From: Rhodosorus marinus CCMP1338
Taxonomy: Eukaryota > Plantae > Rhodophyta
Reading direction: 5' to 3'
Length of the DNA: 64,000 nt
NCBI GenBank assembly: GCA_029953675.1
Contig: JAMWBK010000009.1
Span: 1,550,001-1,614,000 of the forward strand
This document shows, piece by piece, positions 13,268 to 25,989 of this stretch; position 1 is the stretch's first letter; each line of letters begins with the position of its first letter. Under the pieces are notes generated by a model. The model was not told where the DNA came from, did not search any database, and saw only the letters and a list, made by a program, of their open reading frames with translations. A program made the translations under genes and the position numbers.

Positions 13268-13307
13268 CCTTTTGCTTAACTCTCCGGCGGGAGAGTTAAG
13301 CAAAAGG
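13268..13307. repeat. Perfect 18-bp inverted repeat with 4-nt loop (hairpin/cruciform)
   Basis: ccttttgcttaactctcc-ggcg-ggagagttaagcaaaagg; the arms are exact reverse complements. Confidence 0.95.
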
Positions 13308-14199
13308 TGTTTGGGGAATAACGGGGAAGGGCGACTTCGAGGGATATGGATGAAAACGGGGTCCTACAAGAACGGTAAACGCCTTCCTCTCCCCCACCCC
13401 TCCCCCCACACATACACTTGTATGAGGATGTTCACCTAAGAAATAAAGGAGCTTTTTCCTTCCATCGCCCCCACGTTTTCTTCGGCTTTTCTCCACTCTC
13501 TCAAAACCAGCCATTCAATACCTTCCGATGGGGCTGAGAAAGACGCTCTGAAGCTTGCCATAATTTGATCATCTAGAGCACTTTTTGATCCACACATATT
13601 CTTGATTTGGAGAAATAACTCTAGATTAACTAGATATGATTATCCACTGGAAAAGCTACACTTGTCTTTACTAACTAATTAACTTGTACCACGTGTGTTT
13701 ATTGTCCAATGATAATACTATGGTTCGCGATGAGGTGGGAGTCTTTCAGGGTTTTTGAAGAGTTGGGAGCTGGGCGTTTGAAAGCTGAGGGTGGTGTTAG
13801 GGAGACATTGTTGATAAGCTTAATTTACTGGAGGTTAGTCAGAGACTCTTGTATTTCTGCAGGAAACTGAGGGTGAAGAGTAGAACAGAATCAGGATTCT
13901 TTTTTTGGTGATGGAGTGAAAGGCACTTCCGGGAGGATCAACCCTGGAGGCTTTTTTTTTTTTTTTGTTTATTGTTTGTTCGTCGCTGGTGTTGGGTTTA
14001 GGATTTGGTTTGGAGGGTCGGAGGATAGGTAGGGATGAGGTGCGGTAACATGCAACATTTCGTAATTATCTATATAAAGGATTTTGTAGATCTTTGAGCA
14101 GACGGTTGTTCCTGGATACTTGAGGTATGGCGGCATCGCTGATTACGATTTTGAACTAGTTTGGGTTGGGGGAGTTTTGAAGTTGTGTTATTGACAACA

Positions 14200-16277
14200 A
14201 TGGATCAGAGCGGGTCTAGGCAAGCTACGGGCAACTTCGGAAAGGGAGGAAGTTCTGGGCAGCCTGTCGGGAAGTTTGACAGAGAATCGTTGAGGGGAAT
14301 GCAGTGGGTCCTTCGCTGGCCCATAATATGCAGTGTTACCTTCTACTTTGGGTGTCTTCTAACCTTCTACTTCTTGGTTCGGGCGTTTGTCCTGGTTGCT
14401 GCAATCTCTTTTGACTTGTCTCGGGACCTAGCCTCTAGAACCCGGAGAGAGCTGAAGTTGAGATTGGAGAATGCTCGAACGTACGATGAATGGACAGAGG
14501 TCGCCAAGGAGCTGGACCGGTACATGGGTGCTCATGAATGGAAATCAGCCCCGGAATCGAGCCTGTATGATCATTTTACTGTGGAGAGCCTAATGGACCG
14601 GCTTGTGGTAGGAATTGGAAAGGCCCGGAGAGGTGAAGCCGGCTACGCAAGGGACATGACTGATACACTTCTGCGAGTATACAATTCAAACCTCAAGGGT
14701 TTGGGGATCGATAGTGAAGCCATTTATTCGGAGACGTACTACGGCACTAAGGACCTGATTGAAGAGTTCGTTGAGGTTATTGTTGAGGCTACGAAAGTTA
14801 TCCACGATGCACCAGAACAGGAACTCTCCGGCAAGAGCAAACTCGAGTTTTTCCTGCACGCAGAACGGTCATATGGCCGAATGGCAGTTTGCCTTTCGAG
14901 CGGGGCGATGATGGCAAATTACCACTTCGGCACGGTGAAGGGACTTGCCAGCCGTCACCTGTTACCGGAAGTTATCTCGGGAACAAGCGGAGGTACGTAG
15001 GCCGGAGAATCGAAGCGGCATTCATTCACGTCATGGTTGTTGAATGGGCTCTCTGGGCTATAACGTGACCTAGGTGCTTTTGTGGCTGCCTTTGTATGTA
15101 CAAGGAGCGATGAGGAGTTACAGGAGGCTCTCAACCCCAACCTGTGGCGTCTCGTAGACATGATGGATGGGCCACTTTGGAAAGGTCTTATTAGAGCAAT
15201 ATTCAAAGGTCACATGGTTCGAACAAGCCATGCGGCGAAGGCTCTCAGAGGTGTTTTCAGTGATATTACGTTCAAGGAAGCTCACGAGAGGACGGGCAGG
15301 ATACTGTGCATTACGGCAACAAGCAGTAAGAAGTTTGGGGATGCAATTCTTCTGAACTACATCACTGCACCTAACGTATGCCCGAAGATCCTTCCACCGA
15401 CGCATCGGATAGGTCTCTGATGTACCCTCTATGCTCACCGAAAACCTAGGTAACAGTATGGAGCGCAATTCTTGCCTCATCTGCGGTTCCACCAGTATTG
15501 GAGCCGATGCAATTGTATACAAAGAACCCGAAGACGAAGGAAGTTGAGCCGTTTCGGGACTTCGGGATCTGCTGGACTGACGGCGCTTTCCGGAAGGATG
15601 TTCCTCGGAAGCAGTTGTCAGAGACCTTCAATGTAAACTATTTGGTAGTTTCACAGGTAACCATTACCGGAGAATGCCCGCTTTTTTGTGTTTGTGGATC
15701 TTCTAGAATACGTCAATTCTGAAGAGCTTGATTCTCGGTTGGTTGGTGCTTGGTGTGGAAATTTGTAGATGAATCCGCACATTGTACCCTTCTTTTTCGA
15801 CTATCGTGGATCGAGCGGCAGTCCTCCCAAAAGGATACGAGGTAGCGGCTACCGAGGAGGTTTTATCCTCTCGTCGCTGGAGGCACTGCTGCGTTTGGAG
15901 ATGATCAAGATGCTTACTTTCATAGATCAATTTGATCTCCTGCCGGCGCTTTTCTCAGCTGATTTCTCCCGAGTTTTTCTCCAGGACTACTCAGGGGACG
16001 TAACTGTATACCCACGAAGAGGGTAAGCTGATCGTTCGAATTCGACCGCAAAGGGCGTTCATTTAAAGAGTGCTTTACGTATTCTCCGTGTTTCATGTGC
16101 AGACTTACCCTTCTGAACGATGTTTTCACAATACTGACTCCGCCGGACTACAAGAGGATGGAGAAGTACATCACCCTGGGGGAATCCTACTCATGGCCTA
16201 AGCTCCGACGAGTTCGGAACCATCTTATCCTCGAGAAGACTCTGAAGCAGTGTATATCTCAACTGTCAAAAGACTAA
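14200..16277 (+). CDS. Patatin-like triacylglycerol lipase (SDP1/TGL3-5 family), multi-exon
   Basis: N-terminal TM segment, DUF3336-like ARTYDEWTEVAKELD, GTSGG nucleophile, WTDG catalytic Asp, VVSQMNPHIVPF, GDVTVYP. Introns at about 14994, 15375, 15657 and 16023. Confidence 0.92.
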
Positions 16278-16920
16278 GGCACGGTTTTTAGGTTTTACTG
16301 TGAAACTAACGGTTTTTAGGTTTAACGTTGTCTGAACCCACCTATAACGCTTTCTATTCGTTTTTTTTTGTAAATATCTCCGCTTGTACTTGGCGTTCTG
16401 AATGGTTTGCACGCTCGCAGAGAATGCTTGACGAGCATTGCCGATCGACTCCTTCCCGCCTTGAGCTGCACCTAGAAATCGTCGTGGATAAGCCAGCAAT
16501 GTTCGCTGGGGAACTACCAGCCATCAGCAGCCACACGGGTGTTCAAGTTCTTTGGAGTTGGACAAGCTCCGGACAAGCAGAACAAGAAGAATTTGTTTAT
16601 CTTTACAAACTCCCTACGACCACCGGGTCCACCATTGTACAACTACTTTTTTCTGCTCTTGAAAACAACACGAGGGACTTTCGCTGTCTCGTGAAAGCTA
16701 CCGTTGTTGAAATTCAGGGCTCTATAAGCCGTATGGGGCTACGCAAGAGCCCCATCAACTATACTCAACAACACTGGATCTTTCCTTCCGTCCAGGGAGA
16801 AAAAAGACAAAAACTAGGAAAAATCTACTACCTCGAACAAATCCTACTGCAGTCCTCACCGTGAGACGAAACCCAGCCCGACTTGGTGTTGAGAGATATT
16901 CGTCCAGGGGCAAAAACCGT

Positions 16921-19900
16921 CTATTCGACGCCCTCTATTCTGTCTTCAACTTCCTGGTAGAGCTCGCGCAATCTATCAAGGTTTTCCTCCGTTGTCTCCC
17001 AATAACCTCTTCCGTTCGCTTCGAGAAGTGTGGTAACCATGGAACGGAACGAGTTCGGATTCATCTCCAACAGCCTCTTCTGCATCTCCGGGTCCGCCAT
17101 GAACGTAGTGTTCGCATCTTCGTACACCCAGTTGTCAACCTGGCCAGACGTTGCTGACCATCCCATGGTGTTCCTCAAGCGCTTCGAAATTTCTCGAGCA
17201 CCTTCATACCCGCTGCTTAGCATGCCCTCGTACCACTTGGGATTCAGGAGCTTGGTCCTGGTATCAAGCCGGACAGTCTCAGAAAGTGAACGAACCTGAA
17301 CAAAGTGTGGAAAAGTTGAGAGACTGGTCAGGACCTGACCTGCTTCGTCAGAAAAATCGAATTCGTGAAACTCACCTGGCCATTGGCAGTTGTGGTATCC
17401 GCAATATACGACAGAGGCTTTTTTCCATCGTCACGAAGACTTTGAACGAGATTTGTTGGATCCGAGTCAAAGTAATGACTCACATCGGTTAGCGAAATCT
17501 CCGATGAGTCGAGATTCTGGAACGTCGCATCGCACTTCTTCAGCGCCGACTGGAAGACATCTGACTGCATTTCCATGACACCCGGTCGATCAGAATTAAA
17601 CGCAAAACTCTTCCTGTTCAGATACATCTGCTGCAACTGCTGTTCATCCTCCCAGCCACCGTTCTCGACAGTCAAACTAACGTTTGATGAGTAGCTTCCG
17701 GACGAGTTTGAGAACACTCTCTGGGCGGCCTCCCGGACAGTTACGCCGAGCTCTTCAGCTTGCTCCAGCGCGTGCTTCCTCACAAAGTTCATTTCGACTG
17801 GCTCATCAGCCTCTGCCGCCATCTTGACAGCTCTGTCAATCAAAGCCATCTGGTTGATGAAAAGATCACGGAACACTCCAGAGCAATTCACCACAACATC
17901 AACTCTCGGCCTTCCGAGCTCTTCCAAAGGTATCAAACGGACCTTGTTCACTCGACCTAGGTTGTCAGGAAGGGGCTCCACGCCAACCATGGCAAGCACT
18001 TGAGCCAGCGATTCTCCATATGTCTTAATATTGTCAGTGCCCCAAAGGACCATCGCAATTGATTCCGGATAGGTGCCGTCGTTTTCAGCTTTCAGTCTCA
18101 GGAGCAGCTTCTCAACAATAGTTTGAGCTGACGAGATCGCCGCCGAAGTTGGAATACTCTGAGGGTCCAAGGCGTGCATGTTCTTACCCGTCGGAAGAAC
18201 GTCCGGGTTTCGAACTGGGTCCCCTCCTGGCCCAGGAATAATGTACCTGCCTTCCAAGGCGCTGATAAGAGCTCCTAACTCGTTATCCTGAACAACCTGC
18301 TTCAGGCACACCTCTAGATATTCTACCAAGGGAACTAAATCCTCCTCCTTGCAGTCGGGAAACCCGGCATCCGCTAGAGCTTCACCCCACGGCGATTTGA
18401 CCTTCATTATTTTGTCGATCAGCGAGCCCATGTCCATAAGAGTAACCGATTCAACTCTACCCTCTTGGTTAACGGAATTCTTTACAATGGCGGTGACTGC
18501 ATCCCGCGCTGCGAACGTAATGCGCTGCAGCAGATCAACATCCTCAAACTTGCCCATGTCCGAACTTCTGTATACGTCATCGATGTCCCTCCCAACGCTC
18601 TCGGCGACGATGCGAGGAAGAGCCTTCAGGCCACCATCCTCGGGCCTGTCCAGGCTCGCGATATTGACCAGGGTTGCCACTGCTTCTTCTGCGGTCGGAG
18701 GCTTCCCAACCGTGTGCAACCCGCATGGGAGCAAACGACTTTCGATTTCAATAAGCTTCTTGTATAGCTTTCCTACCAGGTCGTCCATTTTCTCCTGACC
18801 CATTCCCTTGCAATCGTCCTCTGGGAGCGGTACGTCCCTCTCGAAATTGCACTGGCGAGCCTTCTCCACGAGCGAGTTGCAGATCGCAGTCGCCCTGAGT
18901 TCATTATCCTTCAAACCTTGGTAAGATGCAACGAGCTCAGACATTTCCTTCAAGCCCCTGTAGAGACCAGCGTTCTCAGCGGGGGGGGTCAAGTAAGAAA
19001 TGGTTCCCGCGTAGGAACGTCTCTTGGCGATCGTCGCTTCGGACGGATTGTTCGCAGCGTAGTAGTAAATATTTGGAATGCTTGAGATCAGTTGGTCAGG
19101 GTAGCAATCTCCGCTCATTCCAACCTGCTTTCCTGGCATAAACTCGAGCGAACCATGCGTACCGAAGTGCAGGCACGCGTCAGCACCCCAGATACTCTCC
19201 AAATATGTGTAGAAAGCCGCGAACCCGTGATGAGGGCTTGCGCTCTTCGAGAAGAGCAACCTCATCGGATCTCCCTCATAGCCAAACGAGGGTTGGATAC
19301 CCACGAATACATTCCCGAACTCCTTGCCAAACACGAGCAAATTCTGACCGTCAGAATTCAAGTGGCCAGGTGGCGCTCCCCAGTTCTCGTGAAGATCCTC
19401 TTGATAACCACAATGCTCCTCGTACTCGGGCACTGACATCTTGTAAGCAATGTTCAAATTCGGTGAATTGAACCGGGCCTCCTTGTCGTGTACGACTTCT
19501 TCCAAGAGGTCCTCCGCTGTTTCGGGCAATTCCCCTACGTTGTAACCCTCACGCTGTAAGCCTTCCAATACTTTGTGCACTGATCCGAATACGTCAAGGT
19601 ACGCTGCAGTTCCAATATTGCCCTTGTCTGGAGGGAAAGAGAAGAGAGTAATTGCAATCTTCTTGTCCTGGACGGCCCTTCTCCTCAAATTCGCCCACTT
19701 CATCGCCCTCTTCGCAACCGTCTCGATTCGGTTCTGCATCGGAATGGATCTACCTGTCGGACCGTCTCTCCCGGCGAAGATCACGGGTTCAAGCGCTCCA
19801 TCAATTTCTGGAAGCGACACTTGCAGAGCAACTTGAACTGGATGCAAGCCTAAATCACTGTCTCGCCATTCCTCAAATGTTTGGAAAACAAGCGGTACAC

Positions 19901-21242
19901 AGCACATGTACGGCCTATCCAACTTCTTCAGGGTCTCAATAGCCTTGGGATGGTCCTGCTTCGCAGGTCCTCCAACGAGGGCAAATCCAGTGAGAGACAC
20001 AACGACGTCCACGTTCGCCTCGGTCGTTCCCTCGTGGTAGTAGAACTTGTTGACGGGAACTGAAAAGTCGAGTCCCCCAGCGAAAACGGGAAGCACCCTT
20101 GCACCGCTTGCTTCCAGTTCGGAAACGAGTGAAACATAGTGACAATCATCTCGCGTGATCATGTGAGATCTCTGGAGAACTAGTCCAACCGTTGGAGAAT
20201 TCATCGTCAGCCCACATTTCGGCATATGCTCCTCCTCGTACCACTTCTCATATTCCGCGAGGGATTCAAACATCTTGGGAGCAAGGGGATGCCATAACCC
20301 AACATCTGGGAACACCTCCGGGTCTGCGACGGCCTGTCCGCTTGATGGGACAGCCTCCACGTACTTGTCCGCAATCATAAGCAAGAAATTCTCGACGTTC
20401 TCCGGAGTCCCCCCTAACCAGTACTGGAACGACATCATGAAGGACCTTGCATCCTGGGCCTTCTCGACTGGGAGATACTTGAGGACCTTTGGTAGCGTCC
20501 TCAAGAGCTTCAACATGCCATCCTCGAATGAAGATCCACTTTGCTGTCGCTTCTTTTTCATGAACGACGCAATGGCCGATTTGCTTTGTCCCAGCTGCGA
20601 CATGCTGAAGCTTCCGAGCTTGTTCAGCCTCATTACTTCGGGCATAGACGGAAAGACGATGCAGGCATCAAGAGAATCACGATGGGGCGCAACGGCCTCC
20701 GCTACCTTCTCAGCAATTTCTTGCACGAAAATGAGACTGCCGATAAACACGTTCGCCTCCGCGACGTCCTTCTTAAACATTTCGAAGTTCTCCGGATTTC
20801 GAAGCTCCTCAACCAAGTAGCCACATACCTAGCGACAAAAAGAAACGAACGTCAGCAAGCGAAACGTAGAGTCCACCAACTTGGATGGAAAAAAAAGATA
20901 GCCTACCTCCATGGACAGATTCTCCGACTTCTCGTTTATCGATTTCGCAGCGGCGGTCATTGTTGACTGGTATTGCGATTCTAGGACAACGTAGACCACT
21001 TTCATACACTTCCGCTCGTCCCCTTTCTTGGGGCTAACCTTTCGAACATTTGGATTAGAATCAGTGAAAAGCCCCGTCTGGAGCATGCTCCTCACAACCA
21101 CTCGAGAAGATCTCGCCACATTCCTGTGCCCTTGCCCACATAACCTAGTCCGTTCGTTCGTCGAACGAGTCAGTCCGTTCCCCGCGAAGCTGGAGGACCC
21201 GAGCACCCCGCATCCAGGAACAAATGCTGGTCTACAATCCAT
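16921..21242 (-). CDS. chlH: Magnesium chelatase H subunit, plastid-targeted, about 1387 aa, 3 exons
   Basis: Exons 21242-20907, 20828-17376 and 17295-16921 in frame. Transit peptide [10 protein letters not shown]. Motifs [64 protein letters not shown]. Confidence 0.98.
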
Positions 21243-23977
21243 GTTTGCCAAGTTGCAGGAAAAAATCCAACGCAAACAACCAGCACACCCTCAAAAGAGA
21301 ATCGACAGATCCTCTTTCTGCTTTTGCACTCTACACCTCTGAATGCACCGCACTCCACCACTCCTTCCCCCTACTTCCTCCCTCCTCGTATGCGAAACAG
21401 GGAATGTTCTGAGCTTTCATTAGCCTCTTTTCCACTACCAAAAGCCCTCGCTTGGAAGAGGGTTATTACAACGCTGACCCCTATCGGCACCCAAAGTCCA
21501 GATCACCCCGAACCCCATTGGACAGTTCGCTTCCTACCCCTTAAAACTAGATATTAAATCTTGCGCCTACACTCATGATTTTATCTTGTCATTTAGTTTT
21601 CGAGCATTCCGAATGGAAATCGGATTATTCTTACCCCCTATCTTCCAATGTGATGATTCGCACTCCAAGTATTATGCCTACGGTCAGCATGGCATTTTTT
21701 GACCCAAAAGCACTTTCTCCCTCCACGGCAGAGTGGGTTTCTTTTGGGGGGGGGGGAGGAGGGGAGGGAGGAAGCATATTTCATGCAAATATTTTTATTT
21801 CAAGAAACATCGCGGATCTCATGTATTGTCTTTCAACTAATCCAACATCCAGAATGAATGGTTCCCCATGCGACAAATTAGCAACCCTTTTCACTGGAAT
21901 CGTCAGGATTGTAATAATTTCTTGAATTTTTGCTTGAAAATGCGTCGGTCGAGCCTAGGGACCGTTTTCCATAGTTCGTAGCCGAAAATACTATCACATA
22001 GAGCTTTAATCAATATAAACTGTTGACGAGGTGGACAGGGGGGGTTGTAAATTCCATCAACAAGCCATCGTAGCTACTTCATATTTCCAAAAAAGCTAAT
22101 TTATGAAATTGAACACTGTCTTCAAGCCCTGGACGTCTTCATCGTTTTTACGCTCTTTGTACGGATTATCTATTCATCAGTTCTTGATGGGATCCTATAT
22201 TTAAGGCGTGTTTTTGAGTGCCCTTAAGAAAAATTGTGTCCCAGTTCGCAAGAGCGCAGTTAAAAAAGCCCGATTTTTTTCGTATAGGCGTAGCAACTGT
22301 AGAATCTAATGGTTCCTGTTCACTGGATGTCGACGGTTTTTTGGGCGACAGACTCTCCCAGGGGGGGTATTGAGTTAGTCTTTAGGTTCCGTTCAGGGTC
22401 TATAGAACGTCGAAGCATTGAATAACAAACAAATGGGAAACAATCAAAAAGATGGACATCAATCCATATGAGATCGCTACATCGAATGGGGTTTTTAATT
22501 AAAAAATAGTATTCCGATCCCGCCGCTGGGAGATCGCGATTGTTTTACATCTAGAAAACTTAAACAAAATTTAGGATAAATAATTGAATTTCTTATATTC
22601 CTTTTCAGAGAAGACCCTTTTTGTCTGAGCTTGATTCGTAATGACTAGGCTTGAAGCCTTGATCATTTGAAGATCATTGCTACTTTGCATGTCCATTAGA
22701 TCTTTAGAATAATGTAACTCTATTGGTTAAGACGGATAAATATCAAAACAACTTCCCAAACCCAAGAAGGAATCTCCTCCGTAAAAAAATAGAACGCGGG
22801 ACCACGATGACCCTCTTCGACGAACTATTGTTGCGGATACTTTGACGGCTCCTATCTGTTGGACTTGATCGTAGGGGGTGGGGAGGTGGTCACGGAAACG
22901 GTATTTCAACTATTGACTGGATCTCAATTTGATTGAAGGTCGGGATTTATCGGGTCACGGTGGTCCGGCGCTAGTAAAAAAATCGGAGCAGGAAGCCCAA
23001 TACAATATAGATCAGCTCACATTCCAAACCGAATCGAGAAACCCTGGGCGGTATCACACGATGTCTCAGTTCTAGAAAAGCTGTGCGGACTGTCTGGCAC
23101 CCCAACCAGACACCGATGAATTTCAGTTTAAACGCATGTCTGTTTGAAGGAGATATTTGCTTTTGAGAGGACTTGCCTGCGAGGGCCATCTTCGGCTTGA
23201 TTACAAGAGGGCATTGATATTATTAACACTAAGACCACCATGTATATGTGATACAAGGCTCGCATTCGCAGCTGTGCGGGATCGATTGAGCTTGGAAATT
23301 AACCAGGTGACGAGATCTTATTCCTCCGACGAAAACCAAGATGTTCCAATCGATTCAGTATGCATGCACTCGGGGGAGGGTAGGGTAGGGTATATCGGCA
23401 TCCGACTGTCCTTCGTAAGACCGGCCATCAACAAGCCCACCGTTGTTTATTCGAAACTGGTGGTTGCGTGAAGCTTGCTTTGTCCCAGCAAATTGTATTG
23501 TTATTGCAATCTGGACAATCGGGCAGCTCCATAGAAAGCTCCGGACGTGCGACTGCGGTACAATCACTGACCCAGGCTTGTCTGTACCAAAGTCATCACT
23601 CCGCACAATATTCTATCTTGTAAAAATATGTTGGGCTGTCTCCCTAGACGAGCTCAAGCTGAAGCCTTGCCAGATGTTCTAGTGTTCACTCTTGCAGTTT
23701 GGGTCCCGAGCCCCCGAGCTGCGGTGAGGAGAGGGCAAGCTGAGGAATTGTGAATCTTTTTTTTCACACATTGGCATCGACCAGCGAATGGTGTCCTCCA
23801 GTGGACTTGAATGTCCTAATTATTAAGATGCGATGTTCGTGTGGGCAGGTCACTGGAGAAGTAGCGGGTAATATTTCAACTGTGTGGCGTCTTAGCCAAA
23901 TATTCAAAGGAAGCCATTTTACCCTTTGATGGAAGTTTCCAAGCATCGCAACGCCGACGTCAATTCATTTGGGAGAA

Positions 23978-24021
23978 TTGTCTCCGAGAGGAGACAAGTC
24001 TAGTGCTCATGCACTAGACTT
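23978..24021. repeat. Two abutting perfect hairpins (8-bp stem/GAGA loop; 11-bp stem/TCAT loop)
   Basis: ttgtctcc-gaga-ggagacaa overlapping aagtctagtgc-tcat-gcactagactt. Confidence 0.85.
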
Positions 24022-25989
24022 TACATACGGAGCGATCATGACAGCGATGGCGATGTGTCGCCTTTTCAGGGACATTTTTTATATGTCTATCAGAATCATC
24101 ATCACATATGGAAAGGGAGACCACACAAATCTAATGCCACACACAAGTCCCCAGTTTTAGTCCAACAAATTCGATGATCAGAACAACTTCTTAAGTCCGG
24201 AACTGATCGGAACGGTGAATGCCATTCCAATCAATTGGATCCAGTAGCCAGATTCTATGACGTACTGACACCATTACGGGTAAGTTGGGGTTGGAGGAAA
24301 CCATGTACAATGAATGTCTAATGGAGTTGTGTACTGAGGGCAGTTCCGATCGAGAAAATGCATCTGCGGATCAAATATCTATATGTCGAATGCGCAGGGA
24401 AATTGCGCATTGCGGCGATCAAAACGTAGGAATGAATTTTATGCTTATGCGCGGCAAGAAAGAGAAAGATTCCGTGACTTATTGTAATATCCCCGAAGCA
24501 AGGTTTTCGAGAACACATTACACGAGACCTCCGAACGTCGTGTCCTATCCAATGGCTGTTTCCGCGGATCACGATTTTTATCAGCGGGTCATGAGCCAGA
24601 CTGTAAAACGAAAGGAGGATCAGATAATTCGTGGCCATCTGATCATGTATCCTTGTCAACCATGAACTCTTATCGCTGTTGTTGATCAGAGAGGTTGAAG
24701 ATGTTTTCCAACCCAATGCAGTACCTTAGCTGAACAATTCACAAATCGCCTGAACGCTAGGTCAATGATTAAGTTTGTTGGGCCGGGATGCGGATAAACT
24801 GCTCCTCACCATCGAGAAATACCCCACCCTCATCAAAATACCATATACACACCCAGATTCTTTTTTCTGCGACACCTCCATATCAAAAAAGTCAAATTCA
24901 ACTGGTTGCTCGGCAGAAACCTAGGCTACGGAGTGGGCGTGAAAATTTTTTGCATGAAAAAGTGCTCATCTTGTTATGCAGGCTAGCTCATCCTCCTAAT
25001 TTGACGCGTCTGCTTTTCACTGCTTTCCAGCCCGGAAGAGTGGCTTAACAAATCTCTGATGAGGAACCTGCATAGGTCAGGGGAACGGAGGTAGTTTGCC
25101 GAGCTTGTGATAAGCACGATCGCTCACAATTTGTCCCTCTACCTTGAATCCAATTTGGTCGGGGCAAAGCACTGGAATCGAGAGACAAGATTGGAGATGG
25201 GAGTGTTATCTGTTGAACAGAGCAGAACTAACCCCATCAGCTACTGCAGAGACTGCTGTGCTCATCCACCGAGATCGATCGATACTCACGCAAGTATTCC
25301 ATACATGCGCGATTTGCGAACAATACGCATGTGGACATCATTCGCTCCCGTAGTTCAGCCAAGGAGAGTTTATCGTGATGACTTTGCAGAGTAACAACCA
25401 CACCGTTTAGGGCATCACTCGGTGACACTCCTCAACTGCGAACCAACATCAGCAGAGACCTTTTCAACCGGTGGCCTATTCAGACACTATTGACACTGAA
25501 AATAGTAAAATGGCTCATTTCACGATGTAGTGAAAATAGTTTCTCATAGTAACTTCATCCGCCTTGTCCAGTTTGTCAAAGGTGGGTCAAGTTCGTAGAC
25601 GTCGGAGAGGTTTTTCAGGAGGTGAGCGGTTGAACTTTTAACCGATGACCTCATTCAGACATCAATGAACACTCATAAATCATAAGAATCCTTCTCTCGC
25701 AAAGATTCTTCTTTACAAATCGACGGATTCCGTATTGAAACGAGTTCCTCCGCGGACATCCGGCCATCAACCTCCTCTTGTCGGTTTGGCGACGACGATC
25801 TCGTCCGTATTTGACGCACGCGTTAGTTCTTGATGAAGAGGGCGGGTTTGGAGTGGCCGGACGGGTTGGAGAACTGGCTTCTGTAGGAAATGAATTTCGT
25901 GCTCGCGTTTGAGTGAGAGGTCTTCCTTGCGTTGCTTTTGGCAACTTTCTTTAGCTTTCTTGTCCTCGCTTGGGGAGGCTGTGTGTATC

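Noticed and set aside
13262-13282. gccttttgcttaa resembling the U2 5' stem or U5 loop I
   Set aside because: No branch-point recognition sequence GUGUAGUA, no Sm site, and the segment is locked in a perfect stem
17390-20966. Many plus-strand ORFs opposite chlH (and similar ORFs opposite SDH1, PRP19 and the bZIP)
   Set aside because: Antisense shadows of long coding exons
21650-21660. C-box-like GTGATGA
   Set aside because: No D box (CTGA) or terminal stem at a suitable distance
24389-24411. 8-bp inverted repeat aatgcgca/tgcgcatt
   Set aside because: Several such stems are expected by chance in 64 kb
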